A stretch of 60,000 bases of DNA from Malacoraja senta (Eukaryota). The stretch spans positions 4,714,001 to 4,774,000 of the forward strand of contig CM075993.1 of the NCBI GenBank assembly GCA_038087875.1, written 5' to 3'. The position numbers and the translations under genes are program-made. Positions within the stretch are counted from its first letter, which is position 1. Each line of letters begins with the position of its first letter. This document shows positions 1 through 12,400 of this stretch, one piece after another. Under the pieces are notes generated by a model. It saw only the letters and a program-made list of their open reading frames with translations, had not been told where the DNA came from and ran no database searches.

Positions 1-285
1 TAGAGTTGCTGCCTTACAGCGCCGGAAACCTGGGTTCGATCCCGACTACGGGTGCTGTCTGTACGAAGTTTGTACGTTCTCCCCGTGACCGCGTAGGTTT
101 TCTCCGAGACCTTTGGTTTCCTCCCACACTACTAAGACTTACAAGTTTGTAGGTTAATTGGCTTGATAAATGTAAAAATTGTCCCTTGTGTGTATAGGAT
201 AGTGTTAATATGCGGAAATCGCTGGTCGGCGCGGACTTGGTGGGACGAAGGGCCTGATTACGTACTGTATTTCTAAACTAAACTA
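1..285 (+). mobile_element. tRNA-derived V-SINE (HE1-like), cut by the window edge
   Basis: B box ggttcgatccc; V domain gtttgtacgttctccccgtg..ggtttcctcccacac; CR1-like tail and (ctaaa)n. Confidence 0.85.
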
Positions 286-3203
286 TTACTTCCGTTTGTT
301 CTATGAGTTAATCCTAAAGCTCAATCCTAATTTTTAATTACAATACTGTGATCAGCCATGATCACGGTGAATGCCGGTGCTGGCTCGAAGGGCCGAACGG
401 CCTACTCCTGCACCTATTGTCTGATGTCTAATAATTTGAAAATTCAGTTTACTTCCCAGCTAATATTTACAAAATCTGGGCCAAATTCTGGTGTTCAATC
501 CGAATGCAACACCACTGAAATAGACAAGTGTATATGCCAGCCACAGCGTTGGACTTGAGGAAATGAAATAAAATCTCCCTATCCACCTGCAGCTGTGAAC
601 CGGATTCAAGATGTCATCACAGCTATAATCTATTCACACTTGACAATCCTGTCTAAAGTGATAACCGAACAAAACAAACTTAATCCCCGTCTCTGAAACC
701 GACACCCGTCAGTAACAGACCTTCAGATATAAAATGACAAGTCAGCCAGCTGTCCCACTGCTACTGCATGACAATTACAAGCAGCCCATCAAATGAGGTT
801 GGGTGTGGCGATGAATGAGGGCACAAGCCAGCATCCCTGATGCCTGTTCAGATATACATTTTCTCATTATAACCTGCCCTTTTATGCAGGACTCGGACAG
901 CATCAGAAGTTCAACAAGCGTATTCAATTGTCATTCGACAGTTTCCAGTTTATCGATACTGACAAGGGAGAGAGAAGGCAAAGGGAGGGGGTGGTGAACT
1001 CTCTTTCTAGCACCACCGAATGAACACTGCATGGTTACAAGTATTTCTCAGCGTTCTCACCTTTCATGTTGTGAGGCTTCAGCAAATATCACAATTTCAT
1101 CCTTAAGAATTCATAAGGAAAACAGTGAAGTCATGACACCGATTCAGACACTAGTGTCAAATCTCAAAGGTTTAGATCAAAGTGCTGGATTATCACATCG
1201 AACAGATTAAATACCAGTAAGTCTAAACTTGCAGGTTTGACTTTTCAAACCAATATGGCAAATATTTTCATTAAACTCTTTCACTCAGCAGCAGATTAAT
1301 AAACCAACTGGCTTTTGACATTTTAAATGACATAGAAAACAGACAAATTAAAGTGTCAATTTGCTATCGTTTGCTATAGCCTAGCATCACTCAACATAAC
1401 TGTTAATACCTGTAGTCAAAACATACTTGGTTTACCTCCTACTGAAACATGCATCCTGACTTTTCTAACTTCACACTCAATCATTTTAATCATCTCAAAA
1501 CCAAGGGCTGGAGGTTCCACCAACACATTATGTTTTAATGACGATGCCAGTGTCTGCCGTTTCTTGTATCTCCATTCCAATCATCTCCTGGCCAGATTAC
1601 CATCTCCCTTCGTAGTCAAACCTAACCCTGCACAAAACCCAGCTGCCCATATTCTGACCAACACCAAGACCTCTCCATTCTTAATCTCAGCCATTGTCAA
1701 TCCACCATCCCATCATGAATAAAACTCCCATCTTAATATCATAACAGAACTGGACACCAAGCATGTGCTCCAGTTTCCGATCCTCTCCCCTCCTCCCTCA
1801 AATCGGAGACAACCGGTTTTCTTTCAGTACTCTTTCTCTTTCACCTTACTTTCCCACCTTCCCACCCAATGACAAGGTGAGATTAGAAACAGACTCCAGA
1901 GGATTGTTACCCATCTAGGTTATACTAATCTATCATGAATAGTTTACCTCATTTACAACTCCTTTTCAAGAGCTTATGTATTCATATTTCATGTAATGAA
2001 TATGGAGCTTCAGTTGAAGTTCTAAACATAAGTAATTCTATATATTTTTTGATATCTGAACGTAAAAAGGCTACAGATAATCTTGGCCGCTGTCACAACC
2101 AGTATTCAGGTTGAAATAATGGGATCCATTTCAAATGAGGTCAATGGCTTTTATACTTAAATAAAGAATTTGGATATCTTTTCTTAGAAAATTAATTGTC
2201 TTTTTTACAAAACTTGTTAACATTCACTTCAATGGAAAATAACTTGGTGCATGAACACTTTCTGATCAGCGATTAGTTCCACAATACAACAACAACATAT
2301 TAATATAGTGCTTTAATGAAGGTAGATATTACAAACCACTTCACAAGAGCATCAAAAGAACAATTTACACCAGACCAAATGTCACATCACTAAAGCTCTT
2401 TCACAGCTAAGTTTTCAAAGGGGATTTTAGGGTTGAGACAGCTCAAAGCAAGGCCGTCAATCGTAAGGTTCAAAGGTACAGATTTGAAGAGTGTAAATTT
2501 GCAGGTGGTAATAGTATTATTGTCACAGAAACGATATTAAATAAAACGAATGAACAGAAACAAGAGGGTTAAAAGTCAAGATTTCCATCATTACTTCCAC
2601 CCGACCCATTTTCAGGATATTAGTTGTAAAGAAATGTTTCCTTCAGGAAAAATCACCAGGAAGTTTTGCAATTGACTGAAACTTTCCCTTGTCCAGTTTG
2701 AACCAAAAACATGTTACTAGCTTGAATATTATACCATGCAACCATGCAAAAATTCACTCTGTAATAAAAAGGAACTGCAGATGCTGGTTTACACCAAAGA
2801 TGGACACAAAATGTTGGGTCAGGCAGCATCTCGGGGGAAAATGTATAGGTGATGTTTCGGGTGGGGACCCTTCTTCAGACTTTCATATATTGAGTCTATT
2901 TGAAATATAGATGATGTTTCACTTAAACAGTAGGAGATGAGCTATGTCATTTTTATGCCTTGGACCAGAATGTATTCTTGTTTGAGAACGTAATGATCTC
3001 TGTCAGCATGTTTTTTCTTACAATAAGACTAAATTACAATAAAAATGATACTTGATATTTAAAACTGATGAAGGATTTGAATGAGATCCTTTTTTAAAGA
3101 AATCGAAATATAACATTCACTATTCATCCAAAGTATTGTGCCTCTGACACTGCAGCACCCCCTCAGTACTTCTCAACCGTGTCTTCTGAGATGAGGTGTT
3201 TAA

Positions 3204-3365
3204 TGGGCCTGTCCCACTTGGGTGTCATTTGCGCGTCATTTACGCAACATCATTTACGCGTCACGACGCACGACGCGCGCGCGAGGCCCCAGGATTTGGG
3301 GATTCACAAAACCTTCGCGCGCCACCTGCATGACGCGCAAATGACGCCCAAGTGGGACAGGCCCT
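3204..3365. mobile_element. PIF/Harbinger-type MITE
   Basis: TIR GGGCCTGTCCCACTTGGG(T/C)GTCATTTGCGCGTCAT; TSD TAA. Confidence 0.85.
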
Positions 3366-4777
3366 TAAGTTCTGCTGCATCAGCTGAACCCATAAACATT
3401 TAGTGTGGTAAATTATCAGTGATTCTATTAAGGAGGAACAATGTCACCTTTGCTTGCAGAGGCATTTATTTGTGCTTAGCTTGCATTTTAACTTCCCAGG
3501 AAATTATAAACATTGCTATCATTTCTACATGGTGAAATACAGATACCAAAATGTATAACAATTGCCTTGAAATTTCTTATGTAGAGATTTCAGGTTATAT
3601 ATAAAGTGAATACTTTATGAGAAACTGAAATAAAATTATATTCCACTGTGCAATAAAAATTAATTAAAAAAATCTTGTGTGCATATTGTACCTTATCATG
3701 CCACATCTTACAGCACTTCAGACAATGAATTACATTTGTAGTGTCTGCTAAGTGGGTATATGAATGTACTACTCTTTTTCATTCATGTATCGTATTAAAT
3801 ATACACATATGGTCAGCAACACACTGTGTGTAATTCATTTAATTTAGTCTAAGTTGTCTGATCAATTATATTTTACAAGCTAGGAAAGCAAAAGATGTCC
3901 ATTAAATTAGTTAGGTCATTTTTTTAATTCACATGGGAGATATATACATACAGTACATTAATAAGCTCACAAGAAAGGCTTCCCTCATCTAATGGGGTAA
4001 ACTTTTTATACAGGGCGTTTGGACTTTAAAATACATTTGGACAGGTACATGGATAGGAAAGGTCTGAGGCCAAATGCGGGTGGGTTGAACTAGCATAGAT
4101 TGGGCATCTTGGTTGGCATGGGGAATTCGGGCCAAAGGGCCAGTTTCCATGCTGTATGATTCTATGTGGTTGCCATCTTTAATCTAGACTACTTGAAACA
4201 GCTTTCAAACTTTGGTGAGACCATTTACCATTCTGTATTTATGTTGGTGGCTACGTAAGCCAACTCTGCCAAGAAAAGAGTCGACCACATGCAATTGGTC
4301 AGTGATGTCTGGTGATCCAAAATTCTGGTGCTGGCATATACTACACAGCTGTTGAAACCACTGATGATTATTGGTGACTCATCCGTACCCACAGCCAATG
4401 TCATCATTCCCTTCTGCCTTTGGCTGAAGTTTCTTATTTGTTGCAAACAATGTCAACCGCTTTTACATCCCTTTAACAAAGTATTTCACACTGCCTCGGT
4501 ACACGTGGCAATAATAAACATAACTAATCTGCGTGAAGAAGTCTCGACCCAAAACAACATCTTTCCATGTTCTCCAAGAATGTTTGGAGAACTGAATTAC
4601 TCCAACACTTTGTGCCCTTTTCTTTAACCTGCTAACAATGTATCTTACTAATCTTTTGGTTCATGGTACCTCTATATATGTATATCCTTTGGTAATATGG
4701 GCATTCCTTTAATAGGGCAATAATTAATGTGGGACAAGTGTAGATGGGGCATCTTGTAGAATAGCACATACAGTGAG

Positions 4778-5515
4778 TTGGTCACACCGCAGGTAAAAGG
4801 TAAGAGGACAAAAAGGGAACGGGTGGCCAATAGCCAGCATAGCAGTAGGCAGGTAGTGCAGGAGTCCCCTGCGGTCATCTCCCTCCTAAACAGGTATACC
4901 ATTTTGGATACTGTTGGGGGAAATGGCTCATCAGGGGAAGGCAGCAGCAGCCAAGTACATGGCACCATGGGTGGCTCTGCGGCACAGGAGGGGAGAAAAA
5001 AGAGTGGAAGGGCAATAGTAATAGGGGATTCCATTGTAAGGGGAATAGATAGGCGTTTCTGCGGCTGCAAACGAGACTCCAGGATGGTATGTTGCCTCCC
5101 TGGTGCAAGGGTCAGGGATGTCACTGAACGGCTGCAGAACATTCTGGAGGGGGAGGGTGAACAGCCAGTTGTCATGGTGCACATTGGCACCAACGATATA
5201 GGTAAAAAAAGGGATGAGGTCCTACAAGGTGAATTTAGGGAGCTAGATAAACTTAAAAGTAGGACCTCAAAGGTAATAATCTCTGGATTACTACCAGTGC
5301 CACAGGCTAGTCAGAGTAGAAATAGGAGGATATTGCAGATGAATACGTGGCTTGAAAAATGGTGCATGGGGGAGGGATTCAAATTTCTAGGGCATTGGAA
5401 CCAGTTCTGGGGGAGGTGGGACCAGTACAAAAAGGACGGTCTGCACCTGGGCTGGAATGGAACCAATGTCCTTGGGGGAGTGTTTGCTAGTGCTGTCGGG
5501 GAGGATTTAAACTAA
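4778..5515 (+). pseudogene. CR1 ORF1 C-terminal part, SGNH/GDSL esterase domain
   Basis: Motifs IGDSIVRG, CCLPGA, VHIGTND, DGLHL; ends EDLN*. Confidence 0.92.
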
Positions 5516-8479
5516 TGTGTCAGGGGGATGGGTGCAAGAGCAGAGAGGCAGAGGGGTGTAAAATGAGGGTAGAAGCAATAGGTAGCAAGGTGAAAAGTAA
5601 AAGTGGCAGGCAGACAAATCCAGGGCAAAAATCAAAAAGGGCCACTTTTCAACATAATTGTATAAGGGGTAAGAGTGTTGTAAAAACAAGCCTGAAGGCT
5701 TTGTATCTTAATGCAAGGAGCATTCGTAATGTGGATGAGTTGAATGTGCATAGTTATTAATGAATATGATATAGTTGGGATCACGGAGACATGGCTCCAG
5801 GGTGACCAAGGCTGGGAGCTGAACATCCAGGGATATTCAATATTCAGGAGGGATAGACAGAAAGGAAAAGGAGGCGGGGTAGCATTGCTATTTAGAGAGG
5901 AGATTAACGCAATAGAAAGGAAGGACATTAGCTTGGAGGATGTGGAATCGATATGGGTGGAGCTGCGAAACACTAAGGGGCAGAAAACGCTAGTGGGAGT
6001 TGTGTACAGGCCACCTAACAGTAGTAGTGGAGTTGGGGATGGCATCAAACAGGAAATTAGAAATGCGTGCAACAAAGGTAAAACAATTATAATGGGTGAC
6101 TTCAATCTACATATAGATTGGGTGAATCAAATTGGCAGGGGTGCTGAGGAAGAGGATTTCTTGGAATGTATGCGGGTTAGTTTTCTAAACCAACATGTAG
6201 AGGAACCAACGAGAGAGCAGGCTATTCTAGACTGGGTATTGAGTAATGAGGAAGGGTTAGTTAGCAGTCTTGTTGTGCGTGGCCCCTTGGGCAAAAGAGA
6301 CCATAATATGGTTGAGTTCTTCATTAGGATGGAGAGTGACATTGTTAATTCAGAAACAAGGGTCCTGAACTTAAAGAAAGGTGACTTTGAGGGTAGGAGA
6401 CGTGAATTGGCCAAGATAGACTGGCAAATGATTCTTAAAGGGTTGACGGTGGATATGCAATGGAAGGCATTTAAAAACTGCATGGATGAACTACAATTGT
6501 TCATCCCAGTTTGGCAAAAGAATAAATCCGGGAAGGTAGTGCATCCGTGGATAACAAGGGAAATCAGGGATAGTATCAAAACAAAAGATGAAGCGTACAA
6601 ATTAGCCAGAAAAAGCAGCCTACCAGAGGACTGGGAGAAATTCAGAGTCCAGCAGAGGAGGACAAAAGGCTTAATTAGGAAAAGGAAAATAGATTATGAA
6701 AGAAAACTGGCAGGGAACATAAAAACTGACTGCAAAAGTTTTTATAGATATGTGAAGAGGAAAAGATTAGTTAAAACAAATGTAGGTCCCTTGCAGTCAG
6801 AAACAGGCAAATTGATCATGGGGAACAAGGACATGGCAGACCAATTGAATAACTACTTTGGTTCTGTCTTCACTAAGGAAGACATAAATAATCTGCCGGA
6901 AATAGCAAGGGACCGGGGGTTAAATGAGATGGAGGAACTGAGTGAAATCCAGGTTAGCCGGGAAGTGGTGTTAGGTAAATTGAATGGATTAAAGGCCGAT
7001 AAATCCCCAGGGCCAGATAAGTTGCATCCCAGAGTACTTAAGGAAGTAGCTCCAGAAATAGTGGATGCATTAGTGATAATTTTTCAAAACTCTTTAGATT
7101 CTGGAGTAGTTCCTGAGGACTGGAGGGTAGCTAATGTAACCCCACTTTTTAAAAAGGGAGGGAGAGAGTAAACGGGGAATTACAGACCAGTTAGTCTAAC
7201 ATCGGTGGTGGGGAAAATTCTGGAGTCAGTTATTAAAGATGGGATAGCAGCACATTTGGAAAGTGGTGAATTCATTGGACAAAGTCAGCATGGATTTATG
7301 AAAGGTAAATCATGTCTGACGAATCTTATAGAATGTTTCGAGGATGTAACTAGCAGAGTGGATAAGGGAGAACCATTGGATGTGTTATATCTGGACTTTC
7401 AGAAGGCTTTCGACAAGGTCCCACATAAGAGATTAGTATGCAAACTTATTGGGGGTTCAGTATTGATGTGGATAGAGAACTGGCTGGCAGACAGGAAGCA
7501 AAGAGTAGGAGTAAACGGGTCATTTTCAGAATGGCAGGCAGTGACTAGTGGGGTACCGCAAGGCTCAGTGCTGGGACCCCAGCTATTTACAATATATATT
7601 AATGATCTGGATGAGGGAATTGAATGCAACATCTCCAAGTTTGCGGATGACACGAAGCTAGGGGGCAGTGTTAGCTGTGAGGAGGATGCTAGGAGGCTGC
7701 AAGGTGACTTGGATAGGTTGGGTGAGTGGGCAAATGCATGGCAGATGCAGTATAATGTGGATAAATGTGAGGTTATCCACTTTGGTGGCAAAAACAGGAA
7801 AGTAGACTATTATCTGAATGGTGGCCGATTAGGAAAAGGGGAGATGCAACGAGACCTGGGTGTCATGGTACACCAGTCATTGAAAGTAGGCATGCAGGTG
7901 CAGCAGGCAGTGAAGAAAGCAAATGGTATGTTAGCATTCATAGCAAAAGGATTTGAGTATAAGAGCAGGGAGGTTCTACTGCAGTTGTACAGGGTCTTGG
8001 TGAGACCACACCTGGAGTATTGCGTACAGTTTTGGTCTCCTAATCTGAGGAAAGACATTCTTGCCATAGAAGGAGTACAGAGAATGTTCACCAGACTGAT
8101 TCCTGGGATGGCAGGACTTTCATATGAAGAAAGACTGAATAGACTCGGCTTGTACACGCTAGAATTTAGAAGATTGAGGGGGGATCTTATAGAAACTTAC
8201 AAATTTCTTAAGGGGTTGGACAGGCTAGATGCAGGAAGATTATTCCCGATGTTGGGGAAGTCCAGAACTAGGGGTCACAGTTTAAGGATAAGAGGGAAGT
8301 CTTTTAGGACCGAGATGAGAAAATCATTTTTTACACAGAGAGTGGTGAATCTGTGGAATTCTCTGCCACAGAACGTAGTTGAGGCCAGTTCATTGGCTAT
8401 ATTTAAGAGGGAGTTAGATGTGGCCCTTGTGGCTAAAGGGATCAGGGGGTATGGAGAGAAGGCAGGGATGGGATACTGA
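5506..8479 (+). pseudogene. CR1 ORF2 (AP endonuclease + reverse transcriptase), disrupted
   Basis: YLNARSI, GITETW, MGDFN, DHNMV (APE); YLDFQKAFD, GVPQGSVLGP, KFADD (RT). There is a frameshift near 5750 and an in-frame TAA at 7169-7171 followed by TGNYRPVSLTS in the same frame. Confidence 0.93.
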
Positions 8480-9388
8480 GTTGGATGATTAGCCATGATC
8501 ATATCGAATGGCGGTGCAGGCTCGAAGGGCTGAATGGCCTACTCCTGCACCTATTTTCTATGTTTCTATCTTGGCTGGTTTTCATGCTGTATGACGCTAT
8601 GACTTTATTGACTTTCTTGGCAGTTGTATACAGTCTCATTTCACTGTCATACAGCAATAGGCAGATCATCAACAAAGTCCCGATTCCTCTGTCTGCTATT
8701 CCTCTATCCCCAGCGCTAATTAAGCAAAGTTAGTGGCTGTCTTTCCAATCAGCATACTGACAACTCAATCTCAAGTAATTCAATGCCTGCAATTCTCATT
8801 GCCCATGATCTAAATACCTTGCCAATTCTTGCATTGTTTTGTTTCTCCCGTCTCCTCATGAAAACGCTTCTGCCTCGCCCGTGGACATTTGCTGCCATGC
8901 TGCACCAAACATGGAATTTCCATCGGCACTCCATGGGAAGTGTGATCCAGATTCATTTACACCTTCACACGCAGTCAGATGCCCACAACCCCTACCTTAC
9001 GAGTTGCAAGCACAAGCAGAAACTGGTTTTTCATCTCTCTTGCTCACCAGCCTGACATCAATTGAAATATCGCTGCCATTACCCTTGTTAACATTAATTT
9101 AGTGACCAGAAGACAAATTTAGGAATTTATTTTCAGTTCTTAACATTTCATACACATTAGGATCACCAAATACTGACAAAATATAGTCAAAGAAGGTAAA
9201 AAGCATAAACAGTAAGCTTTTCCAGAATCTAGCATTTCTAAGTTCAAATGTCAGAGATATTAAATTCAAGGTGAGTCATGTAGGGAACAATCAAACTGAT
9301 TTCAGAAGGCTTATGGTTTAGAAATGAAGTACAAGTAACTAACGTGAGTAATAAATGTGTAAACAAATAGCTTACTAGTAAAACTTAC

Positions 9389-9496
9389 CACTTCTTCATC
9401 TGACAACTCTCGTCCCTGGATGCTGCTGTTCTCCCGTACAGCTTGCTGGTGTTTTCTTCCCTTGATGTGGCTGAAGAGGTAGACCTCAGAAGTTAC
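9389..9496 (-). CDS. SCAPER: SCAPER exon (108 nt) VTSEVYLFSHIKGRKHQQAVRENSSIQGRELSDEEV (Hx5H half of the zinc finger)
   Basis: tttttcaaag|GTA ... GTG|gtaagt. Confidence 0.96.
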
Positions 9497-12400
9497 CTTT
9501 GAAAAAGAAAGTGAAAACAGTTAAGCTCACTGACTCTTCTGAGTTTCTTTCTGATTATGACAGGAATAGGGTCTACACAAAGGTCACTATCACATCTGAA
9601 AAATAGTCAACTTGTCACCTTTTCCCACTTTACATCCATCACATACTTATTTTGCAGTTGTTGAGAAACATGTAGATGTTTTTAGAAACAGAAGAATGAT
9701 TAATACGTTCCTAACCTCAGTTAGTAACTCGCCTATCGCCGTCTCTCAATCATTTCTGTCCAGAAATTGCCCTCAAATCAGTCATTAGTTGTTGAGTTAA
9801 GGATTAAAAAAATTACACAAACCAGAAGTAGTCAAAAATCCCCTCAAACTTTTACCTTTAGACAAACTTTATACATTTGTCCTTCACCTCAGTGAGAAAA
9901 ATGCTTAATTTAGTTAATCTATTACAAATCTTGAAGCTTCAACTCCATTCTTTTAAACCCTCCTCATTTTACATAGGAAACAAGATTTGGGAATTGGAAA
10001 TTAAGGCCATAAGACCATATGGCATAGAAACAGAATTAGGCCATTCAGCCCATCAAATCTGTTCCGCCATTCAATCATGGCTGATCTATTTTATCCCTCC
10101 TATTTAGTTGAGTTTAGAGATACAGCGTAGAAATAGGCTCTTCATGCCCTTACTTCTATACCAAGCCAATTAACCTACAAACCTGAGGTACACAAAAATG
10201 CTGGAGAAACTCAGCGGGTGCAGCAGCATCTATGGAGCGAAGGAAATAGGCAACGTTTCGGCCTGAAACGTTGCCTATTTCCTTCGCTCCATAGATGCTG
10301 CTGCACCCGCTGAGTTTCTCCAGCATTTTTGTGTACCTTCGATTTTCCAGCATCTGCAGTTCCTTCTTAAACAACCTACAAACCTGTACGTCTTTGGAGT
10401 GTGGTAGATCTCAGAGAAAACCCGCACGGTCACGAGGAAATGTACAAACTTCGTACACAGCACCCGTAGTCGGGATCAAACCCACTGTCTCTGGCGCTGA
10501 AAGACCTGTAAGGCAGCAACTCAACTGCTGCGCCACCGTGCCGCCCTATTCTCCTGCCTTCTCCCTGGAACCTTTGATCCTTACTAATCAAGCATCTATC
10601 AATCTCTGCTTTACAAATACCCTATCATTTGGCCTCCACAGCTGTCTGTGGCAATGAATTCCAGATTCACAACCCTTCAAACATTATCCACCTGTCAAAG
10701 ATAATTCATAGTTACAGTATTTCTTTACGCAGTTTAAAAAAAACGAAACTATATCCACTATTTGAACCTACCAACACATTGCAGAGTGAACAGTGCTTTT
10801 TCCGTTCATAAGGAATTAGTTTGGGGGCGTAGTCAGTATTAGCATGTCTCCCACTGCTGAGCTCAGCTGCTTTTTCTTTTCGTTGTTCTATCTGCTCCAT
10901 GTGCCTCCGACTGCTTTCATCATGCTGAATAAAAGGCAAAACAGGCGGGGAATTCACCGACTACAAACAGCACAACACTTTGCAGTTTTGATCAAATTTA
11001 AACTCCAGTACTTTCTTGGAAGTTATTTGCTTGCTAAATCAGAAGCATTTGTTTGGTCCTGTATCTGGTTTACATGGTACACAAATTAATCTGTGTTTCA
11101 TTGAAAAAGATCTGATCTGTACCATTAAGGAAGCATTGTATAAAATCCAACCTAATTAGTTATAGAATCGAATCGTACAGTAGCAGGCCCTTTGGGGCCT
11201 TGCTAACCTTAGTGTCTATCTACACAAACCCTATTTACCAACATTAGGTTGTGTTCCTTAATGCCCATTCAAGTGCTTGGCTAAATGCTTTTTAAACATT
11301 GTAACTATCACCTCCTCTGGCAGCGAGTTCCAGAAATGAACACTCTGTTAAATAAAACTTTCACCTCAAATCCCCTTCAAAACTAATTCTTCCCACTTAA
11401 TCCCATGCTCTCTTGTTTTGGATATCCTTACCATGGTCAGCAATCACCTTGATGTTACATACTGCGTACCCTTTTTCAGGATTGCCACTGAGAAGCAAGT
11501 CTCAAACCTCAAGTCCTTAATATCTGGTGATTGTACACTAATCAAACAAGAACTATAATGCTTGCAAACCTTATATATGAATGATTGTGAAGATCAACAA
11601 CGAGTACTCCATTATGTCATACCTTCATCTGTATTTTTTTCTGTAGTTCCTCCATAGCCTCTTGTTGTGCTGCGCTGAGTGCTGCTAATCTCTCCTCTCG
11701 CTCCCTGCCAAAGGAGTAGCAATCATCAGGAAATGAGCAAGTATGGAAGAAAAGCGACAGGATAGACTTTTTTCCCCGAATTGCTATTGTGGGAAAATAT
11801 GGGGTGGCTTAGTGTTCAGAGGAGCAAGATTTAAACAAGTCACAAAGAATGAAAATGTATGCTTTTTAGAATGTTCTGTTATCTGATCATCCTCAACCTA
11901 CTTTGAGAATAAGCACACAAGGACCACACTGCCCCCAGTACTGAAGACTTGTAAATATACAAAATATTTCAAAATAGGGTGCATTTATAGTTACTTTTGG
12001 AGGGATCTAGGATTATAAACTTTTAAATGTTTGCGGTGATAGTCCGATGGACAACAGCAAGGTACTATAGCAAAGTGGCATCACCACTAAACCTGCCCCA
12101 CCATCCACAGCTTCCAGCAACCATAACTGAATTGCAGTCTGAAACAGGGAACATGGATGACCTGCTCCTCTGAGCCAGAGTGTAATGTAGTTTAGCGATA
12201 CAGAGCGGAAACATGCCCTTTGGTCCACCGAGTCCGCACCGCCAGCGAACCCTGCACATTAACACCATCCTACACCAGGGACATTTTTTACATTTATACC
12301 AAGCCAATTAACCTACAAACCTGTACGTCTTTGGAGTGTGGGAGGAAACTGAGGTTCTCGGAGAAAATCTACGCAGGTCATAGGGAGAACATACAAACCC

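Larger units (their letters stand above)
4757..8567 (+). mobile_element. CR1-clade LINE, ~3.8 kb, 5'-truncated within ORF1, antisense to SCAPER
   Basis: ORF1 esterase + ORF2 APE/RT; 3' tail ttctatgtttct; TSD ATCTTG at 4751-4756 and 8568-8573; inserted into an older CR1 3'-tail remnant. Confidence 0.95.

Noticed and set aside
4778..8479. Active autonomous LINE or domesticated host gene
   Set aside because: Frameshift near 5750, stop at 7169, small in-frame deletions and 5' truncation; it is an ordinary disabled copy.
4672..8502. Antisense ORFs of 115-173 aa over the LINE
   Set aside because: Shadow frames of the CR1 coding sequence with no recognisable domains.
1..9388. Next SCAPER exon (EHLSLKKYII...)
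   Set aside because: No matching sequence was found by eye; it presumably lies beyond the window start.
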